DNA from: Candidatus Nanopusillus sp. | GTDB lineage: Archaea; Nanobdellota; Nanobdellia; Nanobdellales; Nanobdellaceae | Assembly (NCBI GenBank): GCA_028275775.1 | Contig: JAPWTZ010000020.1 | Span: forward strand, 1 to 7,922 | Length of the DNA: 7,922 bases | Direction: 5' to 3' | Shown: positions 1 through 7,024 of the stretch, piece after piece | Layout: every line of letters starts with the position of its first letter | Position numbering within the stretch: the stretch's first letter is position 1 | The notes under the pieces: generated by a model | What the model was told of the DNA's origin: nothing | Database searches by the model: none | Seen by the model: the letters and a program-made list of their open reading frames with translations, nothing else | Program-made: the position numbers and the translations under genes

Positions 1-807
<807 letters not shown>

Positions 808-815
<8 letters not shown>

Positions 816-1530
816 TATTTCAAGGTATATATCTCAAATAAAATTTTTTGGATTTGAAAAAAATAAAAAAATACAAGAAACATCTGTTGCAATTATTGGT
901 TTAGGTGGTTTGGGTTCCTGGTTATCAGAATTTTTAGTTAGAATTGGTGTAAAAAATTTGGCAATTGTAGATTTTGATATTGTAGAAGAAAAAAATCTAA
1001 ATAGACAAAATTTTATAATTGACGATATTGGTAAATTAAAAATAGATTCTATTGAAAAAAGATTAAAGGAAATAGATAATAGTATAAATATAGAGAAATA
1101 TAAGGAAATAAATAATAAAATATTTAATAGAGATATAATATTTGATTGTACTGATAATATCGAATCAAAATATCTAATAAATGAATTATCAGTATATTAT
1201 AATAAACCATATATATTTGCTTCAGTTGTTATGGACCAGGGATTTGTTGGTTTAATAAATCCAGAACAATTTTGTTTATATGATATATATAAAGGTAAAA
1301 AAGATGTATTAACATGTGATATTACTGGTGTAGATTTTTCTTCAGTAATATTTGCGGTTTCTTTAATGTTAAAATTATTTATAAATTATGTATTTGGAAA
1401 TAGAGATGGGATATTATATCATTTTAATATAAGGGATAAATTTTATTTAGAGGAAATAAAAGTTAAAAGTAATAATTGTAAAATATGTAAAAGAAAAGAA
1501 TTTGAATTAATATGGAATTATCTGAAATAA
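808..1530 (+). CDS. ThiF/MoeB/HesA-family E1-like adenylyltransferase (UbaA/MoeB-like; a TcdA-like dehydratase is not excluded)
   Basis: The N-terminus [32 protein letters not shown] matches the family pattern RYxRQ...G...Q..L....V.iiGxGGLG (GLGGLG at 898-915). Also conserved are [13 protein letters not shown] (the DxDxVxxSNLxRQ nucleotide-binding motif), GKLKIDS, DCTDN, and LTCDITGV with a candidate active-site Cys170 (1315-1317). A C-terminal CKIC lies at 1477-1488. The ATG overlaps the cdc48 stop (ATGGATAA, 808-815). Confidence 0.85.
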
Positions 1531-2345
1531 TAAATGAAATAAAAAATAAAAAAGAATTGAGAAATATATCTGATAAGGTAGTTGAGAATATATTAAGAAG
1601 AGAATTAAGAAAGAAACAATATTTATATAAAAAGTTATCTTTAATAAAAAATATGAAGCAATTAAAAAATGATGAAGAATTTTATTTATTATTTAAAGAT
1701 GTAAGAAGAATTTTGCATGAATTATATGGTTTATATACTCCAAAAGAAGATAAGGAAATAGATAAAATATTGTTTAATAATGAAATGACATTAGAACAAA
1801 AAATAATAGAATTATTAATGTTAACAAGGTCTACTGCTGAAAGAACAAACTTCTATAAAGAAATATATAAAAACATATTTATTGAAAAACCAGTAGAAAT
1901 ATTAGATTTAGCATCAGGATTGAATCCAATATCAATCTATTTTTCAGATCAAAAACCAAAAAAATATTATTATGTAGATATATCTGAAAAAATATTAGAT
2001 ATAAATTATCAAATATTAAAAGAATTAAATATTGAAAATGAAGGATGGTTAATTGATTTATTAGATCCAGATGATAGAATATTTAAGCATTTTCAATATA
2101 TATTCTTTTGGAAAATATTTCCAATATTAGAAAAATATGATTTTTATGCACCAAGGAATTTATTATCTAAATTAGATTTTGATTATTTAATAATATCTTT
2201 TCCTCAAAAAAGTATTGGAAAGAAGAGAAATCTTGGTTTGGCATGGAGATATAAAATCAAAAGATTTATAACATATAAATTAAAATATAAAGTTATTAAA
2301 GAATTTGATATTCCATATGAATATTTTATTATTGTGGGAAAATAA
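1512..2345 (+). CDS. SAM-dependent methyltransferase, homologue of the ArmA/RmtB/Sgm (FmrO-family) 16S rRNA (guanine1405-N7) methyltransferases
   Basis: The 277-aa ORF overlaps the upstream gene by 19 nt. It resembles RmtB-type enzymes as I recall them over the full length. N-terminal helical part: NKKELRNISDKVVENIL, ILHELYGLYTPKE and LTRSTAERTNFYKEIYKNIF. SAM motif I: ILDLASGLNPISIY (1902-1928 encodes LDLASGLNP; family pattern LD(I/L)(A/G)CG(L/F)NP). Further matches are FFWKIFPILEKY (family FK.LP.LE), LIISFPQKSIGKKRNLG (family SFP.RSLGGR..GM) and the C-terminal EYFIIVGK. That it is a real CDS is near-certain; the family call comes from memory, not a search. Confidence 0.6.
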   Translation: MELSEIINEIKNKKELRNISDKVVENILRRELRKKQYLYKKLSLIKNMKQLKNDEEFYLLFKDVRRILHELYGLYTPKEDKEIDKILFNNEMTLEQKIIELLMLTRSTAERTNFYKEIYKNIFIEKPVEILDLASGLNPISIYFSDQKPKKYYYVDISEKILDINYQILKELNIENEGWLIDLLDPDDRIFKHFQYIFFWKIFPILEKYDFYAPRNLLSKLDFDYLIISFPQKSIGKKRNLGLAWRYKIKRFITYKLKYKVIKEFDIPYEYFIIVGK

Positions 2346-2676
2346 TATCTTTCAATTTTAATATATCTTCTTTATTATATTTCTTTAATTCATTATTTGA
2401 AAATATCCATAATTCAATATCAACATTATCAGAATCTTTATATTTTTCTGCTAAATTATATAATTCATATAGATCAATATAATTAATATTATTTATATCA
2501 ATATCTCTTTTATTCTTTTTAACTTGAATCAATCTTACTTTTCCTTCTTTATTTATTGCAATTATATCTATGGCAGAATGAGAACCTGGGGTTCTCCAAG
2601 CATCATATCCTTCTTTTTCTAATATCTTTTTTACTTTTTGTTCATAATAATATCCAATTTTATATTTACTTCCCAT
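2329..2676 (-). CDS. hjc: Hjc-type archaeal Holliday-junction resolvase-like nuclease (PD-(D/E)xK fold) with a QxK variant motif
   Basis: This 115-aa protein reads GYYYEQKVKKILEKEGYDAWRTPGSHSAIDIIAINKEGKVRLIQVKK. That fits the Hjc pattern G...E(R).....L...G..v.R...S....DiiA.......liEvK. Catalytic-position equivalents are E12 (2641-2643), D37 (2566-2568), Q51 (2524-2526, caa) and K53 (2518-2520). Its size is typical of Hjc/Hje. The 3' end overlaps the convergent methyltransferase gene by 17 nt. Confidence 0.6.
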   Translation of the reverse strand: MGSKYKIGYYYEQKVKKILEKEGYDAWRTPGSHSAIDIIAINKEGKVRLIQVKKNKRDIDINNINYIDLYELYNLAEKYKDSDNVDIELWIFSNNELKKYNKEDILKLKDIIFPQ

Positions 2677-2727
2677 TTCAAATATAAGAATTTAAACAAT
2701 TAAAAATATTGTTTAAAATATATTTTT
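2677..2727. promoter_or_regulatory. Divergent intergenic region; probable bidirectional core promoter for hjc (-) and the PolD large subunit (+), probably giving leaderless or near-leaderless mRNAs
   Basis: This is the only real non-coding stretch in the window: 51 bp between ATG 2676 (-) and ATG 2728 (+). It is extremely A/T-rich, with TATA-like strings on both strands (TTTAAA at 2691-2696 on + and at 2717-2712 on -, and a central TTAAAAAT at 2700-2707). There is no purine-rich SD-like element before either ATG. Confidence 0.45.
2691..2717. repeat. Perfect 10-bp inverted repeat TTTAAACAAT / ATTGTTTAAA separated by a 7-nt A/T core (TAAAAAT)
   Basis: Read directly from the sequence: 2691-2700 is tttaaacaat, 2701-2707 is taaaaat, and 2708-2717 is attgtttaaa, the exact reverse complement of the left arm. 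The dyad centre at 2704 lies 24 bp from the + ATG and 28 bp from the - ATG. Confidence 0.9.
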
Positions 2728-5700
2728 ATGGATATAAATGAATATTTTTCAGAAATAAAGAAAAAAACATTAGAAGCTTATGAAATTGCAAAAAAGGCAA
2801 GATCATTATCTTTAGATCCTGTCAATGATGTTGAAATACCAATTTCTGAAGATATGGCTGAAAGAGTAGTTAATTTATTATCAACAATTGATCCTATTAT
2901 AAAAGAAATAAATTTATCAGAAAAAATTAGAGAAATAGAAAAAACATATAAACCTCTTTCATTTTCTACAATATTAAAAATATCAGAATATGTTGCAGAA
3001 CAAATATATAATAAAACCAAAGATAAAATTAAAGCTATAGAACTTGGATTAAGAGCTGGTTTCGCATATCATACTTTAGGTGTTGTAGCTGCTCCAACAG
3101 AAGGAATTGTAAAAGTAGTTGCAAAGAAAAGAATGGATGGAAAAGAATATATTTCAGTATTCTATGCTGGACCTGTAAGGTCTGCTGGTGGTACTCCTCA
3201 AGCATTTTCAGTTGTAATTGCAGATTTTTTAAGAAAAAAATTTGGATATGAAAAATATGATCCTACAGATGATGAAATTCAAAGATATATAATTGAAACT
3301 TATGATTATAAGAGAGAAGCTCATTTACAATATACTCCAAAGAATGAGGAAATAGAATTTACAGTTAAAAATTTACCAGTTGAGATAAATGGAGAACCTA
3401 CAGAAAAAATAGAAGTTTCTGCATATAAAGATTTACCAAGGGTTGAAACAAACTATATAAGAGGAGGAGCAGTTCTTGTACTTGCTGAAGGTATATGTCA
3501 AAAAGCTAAAAAAATATGGAAAGAATTATCAAAAATTGCAAAAGATTTTAATTTAGAAGATTGGTCTTGGTTAGATGAATTAAGAAAATTGCAGGAAAAA
3601 TTGCATGGGGGATCTTCAGATTCTTCTGAAATAATAAAACCAAATGCAAAATATTTGGAACAATTGACTGCTGGGAGGCCAATATTTTCTCTACCATCTG
3701 CAAAGGGTGGATTTAGATTAAGAATGGGAAAATCAAGGACAAACGGTCATGAAGCTTCTTCAATACATCCAGCTACTGCAATTTTAACATATAATTTTTT
3801 AGCATGGGGAACTCAATTTGTTGTAGAGAGACCTGGAAAAGCTTCTGCAATTACTTTTTCAGATACAATTGAACCTCCAGTAGTAAAATTAAAGGATGGC
3901 TCTGTAATAAAAGTAAGGGATGAAAAAATGGCGAAAGAATTGGTTGAAAAGAATTTGGTAGAGAAAATATTATTTTTAGGAGATATTTTATTTACATATG
4001 GTGATTTTTTAGATAACGGACATCCTTTAGTTCCTTTAGGATATTGTGAAGAATGGTGGATATTGGAATTTGAAAAAAATGCAAAAGAAAAAGTAAATGG
4101 ATTTGAAGTTGTTTTTGATATGTTTAAGCCAAGAAAATTATTTGAAATAAAGAATTTGGAAAAATTATCAGAATATTTGGGTATTGATAAAAATACTTTA
4201 GAAAGTTATATTAGAGGTCCTCTAAAAAATAAACCAGATTTCATTAATTCATTAAAGATATCTATATTATTAAATGTTCCATTACATCCTGAATATATAT
4301 ATTTTTGGAAAGATATAAGCTCGGAAGATTTTATATATTTATTAAATTATTTAAAAGAAAAAGCAAATGTTTCATATAAAGAAATTAAAATAAATGGCGA
4401 AAATTATAGAATCGCTGATAGAATTGAAATAGAATATAATGAAAGAGTAAAAAATATATTGGAAGAAATATTAATTGAGCATAAATTGGAAAATAATAAG
4501 ATTATAATAGAATATCCACATTCAGCATCATTATATATTCAATTAGGATATTTTGAAAAAGTTCCTGAATTAAATAATGAAAAAAATGGATATGAATTAA
4601 TAAATAAAATATCAAAAGTTATTATTAGAGATAAGGTTGGAACATATATTGGAGTTAGAATGGGAAGACCTGAAAAAGCAAAGATTAGGGAATTAAAAGG
4701 TTCAATAATGGTCCTATTTCCTGTGGGAGAAGAAGGGGGAAGGATGAGAAATCTTTTAGAATCAATGAAATATGATAAAATTGTTTCAGATTTAAAAACA
4801 TATTATTGTCCAAATTGTAAAATATATGTTCCATATAAAAAATGTATATTTTGTAATTCAGAAACAAAATTATTAAAGACTGAAGATGGGAAAGAGCATA
4901 AAAAATATGCAATACAAGTTTCAAAATATATAGAAGCAGCGTTAAAAAATCTTGGATTAGATCCTTCTCAATTGCCAAAAATAGTAAAGGGTCCTGAAGG
5001 TTTAAGTTCAAGAAGTAAACAACCAGAGAGATTAGAAAAAGGAATATTAAGAGCAAAATATGGTATATTTGTATTTAGGGATGGAACAGTAAGATTTGAT
5101 GCTATAGAAGTACCAATTACATATTTTAAACCAAAAGATCTAGTATATACTCCAATAGAAAAATTAAAAGAATTAGGATATACTCATGATATTTATGGAA
5201 ATCCATTAGAAAACGAAGATCAAATATTAGAATTAAAACCTCAAGATATTATATTACCAACAATTGGTCCTTTAAAGAAAGGTGGTAAATTAAAGAAAGA
5301 TGGATTTTTAATTTCTTTAATGAATACTGCTAAATTTATTGATGAAGAATTGGAAAGATTGTATAAAATGAATAAATATTATAATGTAAAAAGACCAGAA
5401 GATTTATTAGGTCATTTATTAATTGTTTTAGCTCCTCATACATCTGCAGGTACTGTTGGAAGAATAATTGGATTTTCAAGAACCCAAGCATTACTTATGC
5501 ATCCAATGATGCATGCTGCAATTAGAAGAAATTGTGATGGGGATGAAGGAACAGTATTGTTATTATTAGATGCTTTATTAAATTTCTCCAGAGAATATTT
5601 GCCAGATAAAAGGGGAGGAACTATGGATGCACCATTAACAATTACAATAAAAGTTAAGGGAATGGAAATAGATGATGAAGTACAAAAGTTTGATACTGTT

Positions 5701-6285
5701 TGGAATTATCCATTAGAATTATATGAAGCATCATTACAATATAAACCTCCAGAATCTGTGAAAATACAAATATTTAAAGAAAGAATTGATACACAAGAAG
5801 AATATGTAAATTGGGGATTTATGCATGATATAAATTCTATTAGTGAAAATGGAAATAAGGTTTCTGCATATAAATCTTTAGGAGAAATGTTAGAAAAATT
5901 GAATTTTGAATTAAAATTAGCAAAATTATTAAGATCAGTAGACCCAAGCACTGTTGCTAGTTTGGTAATAAATTTACATTTTGCAAGGGATATTAAAGGT
6001 AATTTGAGAAAGTTTTCTGAGCAAGAATTTAGATGTATAAAGTGTAATAAGAGATTTAGAAGACCTCCATTATCTGGAAAATGTGATAAATGCGGAGGAA
6101 GAATTGTAATGACAGTTCATTATGGTAGTGTTGTAAAATATTTAGAACCAAGTTTATGGTTAGCTGAAAAATTAAAATTGGATGAATATACAAGTTCTAG
6201 CTTAAAAGCATTAAAAATGAAAATAGATCAAACATTTGGAAACCAATCTAAAGAAAGGCAAATCAAAGATTTCTTCAATTTATAA
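2728..6285 (+). CDS. polC: DNA polymerase II (family D, PolD) large catalytic subunit DP2, intein-free
   Basis: The 1185-aa protein has DP2 hallmarks throughout. These include the N-terminal YF..I......AYEIAKKARSLSLDP..DVEIP; YYAGPVRSAGGT; RGGAVLVLAEG; GRPIFSLPSAKGGFRLRMGKSR...HPAT...GTQFVVERPGKA (double-psi beta-barrel 1); and YCEEWW and RMGRPEKAK. A Zn finger CPNC...CIFC lies at 4807-4854. Further hallmarks are LEKGILRAK..FVFRDGTVRFDA; LAPHTSAGTVGRIIGF; RRNCDGDEGTVLLLLDALLNFS (5530-5550 encodes NCDGDEG); and KRGGTMDAPL. A C-terminal Zn finger FRCIKCNKRFRRPPLSGKCDKCGG lies at 6034-6093. Confidence 0.97.
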   Translation: MDINEYFSEIKKKTLEAYEIAKKARSLSLDPVNDVEIPISEDMAERVVNLLSTIDPIIKEINLSEKIREIEKTYKPLSFSTILKISEYVAEQIYNKTKDKIKAIELGLRAGFAYHTLGVVAAPTEGIVKVVAKKRMDGKEYISVFYAGPVRSAGGTPQAFSVVIADFLRKKFGYEKYDPTDDEIQRYIIETYDYKREAHLQYTPKNEEIEFTVKNLPVEINGEPTEKIEVSAYKDLPRVETNYIRGGAVLVLAEGICQKAKKIWKELSKIAKDFNLEDWSWLDELRKLQEKLHGGSSDSSEIIKPNAKYLEQLTAGRPIFSLPSAKGGFRLRMGKSRTNGHEASSIHPATAILTYNFLAWGTQFVVERPGKASAITFSDTIEPPVVKLKDGSVIKVRDEKMAKELVEKNLVEKILFLGDILFTYGDFLDNGHPLVPLGYCEEWWILEFEKNAKEKVNGFEVVFDMFKPRKLFEIKNLEKLSEYLGIDKNTLESYIRGPLKNKPDFINSLKISILLNVPLHPEYIYFWKDISSEDFIYLLNYLKEKANVSYKEIKINGENYRIADRIEIEYNERVKNILEEILIEHKLENNKIIIEYPHSASLYIQLGYFEKVPELNNEKNGYELINKISKVIIRDKVGTYIGVRMGRPEKAKIRELKGSIMVLFPVGEEGGRMRNLLESMKYDKIVSDLKTYYCPNCKIYVPYKKCIFCNSETKLLKTEDGKEHKKYAIQVSKYIEAALKNLGLDPSQLPKIVKGPEGLSSRSKQPERLEKGILRAKYGIFVFRDGTVRFDAIEVPITYFKPKDLVYTPIEKLKELGYTHDIYGNPLENEDQILELKPQDIILPTIGPLKKGGKLKKDGFLISLMNTAKFIDEELERLYKMNKYYNVKRPEDLLGHLLIVLAPHTSAGTVGRIIGFSRTQALLMHPMMHAAIRRNCDGDEGTVLLLLDALLNFSREYLPDKRGGTMDAPLTITIKVKGMEIDDEVQKFDTVWNYPLELYEASLQYKPPESVKIQIFKERIDTQEEYVNWGFMHDINSISENGNKVSAYKSLGEMLEKLNFELKLAKLLRSVDPSTVASLVINLHFARDIKGNLRKFSEQEFRCIKCNKRFRRPPLSGKCDKCGGRIVMTVHYGSVVKYLEPSLWLAEKLKLDEYTSSSLKALKMKIDQTFGNQSKERQIKDFFNL
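6253..6276 (+). other. C-terminal PIP-box-like PCNA-interaction motif of DP2 (ERQIKDFF)
   Basis: Residues 1176-1183 (E-R-Q-I-K-D-F-F) sit two residues from the C-terminus. They have a hydrophobic residue at position 4 and an aromatic pair at positions 7-8 of the Qxx(L/I/M)xx(F/Y)(F/Y) pattern, with E in place of Q at position 1. A non-canonical C-terminal PIP ending ...LEEFF is known for Pyrococcus DP2. Confidence 0.5.
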
Positions 6286-6286
6286 A

Positions 6287-7024
6287 ATGTTTATATTATC
6301 TGGAATTGGACAAAATAAAGATGAAATACCTTATGGATTAATAGAAGAAATAAAAAGTGCAGATTTAGTATTTTTAGAATATTATACAAATTTTATTGAT
6401 GAAGAAACAAAAGAATTTTTATTAAATATAAGAAAAGATATAAAGATTGTTGATAGAAACTTTGTAGAATTAGAATTAGAAAAAATAATATTAAATAATA
6501 AAGATAAGAAGATAATTTTGATAACATCTGGAAATCCATTATTTGCTACTACCCATATGTATTTTATTGAACTTTGTAAGAAAAATAATATAGAATTTAA
6601 AATAATAAATTCTCCATCAATATTTGATGAAATTGGGAAAATAGGATTATTTTTATATAAGTTTGGGAGAACGGTTTCAATATCATTTCATGAGTCTACA
6701 GAATTTTATGATTATATTGTAAGAAATTATAAAAATAATTTACATACATTGGTCTTATTAGATTTAGATCCTATAAATAACAAATATTTGGATCATAAAG
6801 AAGCAATAAGAAGAATATTAGAAATAGATAGTAAAAGAGAAAGGATTTTTAATGATAATTTTAAGCTGATTGTATGTTCTAACCTAAATAGAAAAAATGA
6901 AAAAATATATTATAAAGAAATAAGGGAATTATTAAATATAAATTTAGATCCTCCGATATGTATTATAATACCGTCAAATTTAAATAAAATAGAGTTAGAA
7001 TTTTTATTATGTATGATATCCTGA
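6287..7024 (+). CDS. dphB: Diphthine synthase (Dph5/DphB; tetrapyrrole-methylase-fold SAM methyltransferase for diphthamide on aEF-2)
   Basis: From Met at 6287 the protein begins MFILSGIGQNKDEIPYGLIEEIKSADLVFLEYYTNF, the canonical diphthine synthase N-terminus (MLYFIGLGL...DIT.kGle.ik..D.vy.E.YTS). It also has ILITSGNPLFATTH, INSPSIF, GLFLYKFGRT, HTLVLLDL and DPPICIIIPS (family DPPH.liiP). The ORF-track start at 6236 would add 17 non-homologous residues and overlap polC by 50 nt. ATG 6287 lies 1 nt after the polC stop. Confidence 0.9.
   Translation: MFILSGIGQNKDEIPYGLIEEIKSADLVFLEYYTNFIDEETKEFLLNIRKDIKIVDRNFVELELEKIILNNKDKKIILITSGNPLFATTHMYFIELCKKNNIEFKIINSPSIFDEIGKIGLFLYKFGRTVSISFHESTEFYDYIVRNYKNNLHTLVLLDLDPINNKYLDHKEAIRRILEIDSKRERIFNDNFKLIVCSNLNRKNEKIYYKEIRELLNINLDPPICIIIPSNLNKIELEFLLCMIS

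Noticed and set aside
2580-2596. Small GC-containing hairpin gagaacc-tgg-ggttctc inside the hjc-like gene
   Set aside because: It encodes the conserved W-R-T-P-G-S segment on the minus strand. A 7-bp stem with a 3-nt loop and no flanking T-tract has no evident role, so it is probably a coincidence of codon choice.
2778-3020. 80-aa minus-strand ORF antisense to the polC 5' region
   Set aside because: It is entirely within the DP2 CDS. It has no motifs and its composition mirrors the sense strand.
3276-3290. C-box-like (R)UGAUGA strings (e.g. 232-237, 1668-1674, 3279-3285, 5341-5346, 5671-5677, 6397-6402) as possible C/D-box sRNAs
   Set aside because: None is followed by a CUGA D box at the roughly 45-60-nt spacing needed, and none has terminal complementary ends. 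GAT-GAT-GAA (Asp-Asp-Glu) codon strings explain them.
4685-5056. 123-aa minus-strand ORF antisense to polC
   Set aside because: It is long for such AT-rich DNA, so I looked twice. The product is Leu/Phe/Ile/Asn low-complexity sequence and it overlaps the conserved RMGRPEKAK-to-Zn-finger region of DP2. There is no independent start context or promoter space. It is most likely a by-product of the stop-poor antisense frame of a Lys/Glu-rich segment.
5706-5951. 81-aa minus-strand ORF antisense to polC
   Set aside because: Same reasoning: it is nested in conserved DP2 sequence and has no recognisable domain.
2728-6285. Possible intein or large insertion in DP2
   Set aside because: The conserved DP2 blocks follow each other at normal spacing. 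There are no intein splice-junction or homing-endonuclease motifs (no block A Cys/Ser...block G HN-Cys/Ser/Thr context or LAGLIDADG). The 1185-aa length suits an intein-free DP2.
6236-6286. ORF-track start (6236) for the diphthine synthase gene
   Set aside because: The 17 extra residues (METNLKKGKSKISSIYK) have no counterpart in diphthine synthases and would overlap polC by 50 nt. The Met at 6287 gives the canonical MxxxxGxG N-terminus immediately after the polC stop.
6530-6538. Diphthine synthase has G-N-P where the tetrapyrrole-methylase fold usually has G-D-P
   Set aside because: This is a conservative single-residue change in an otherwise well-conserved protein. I cannot judge its functional relevance without an alignment, and it is not enough to call the enzyme atypical.
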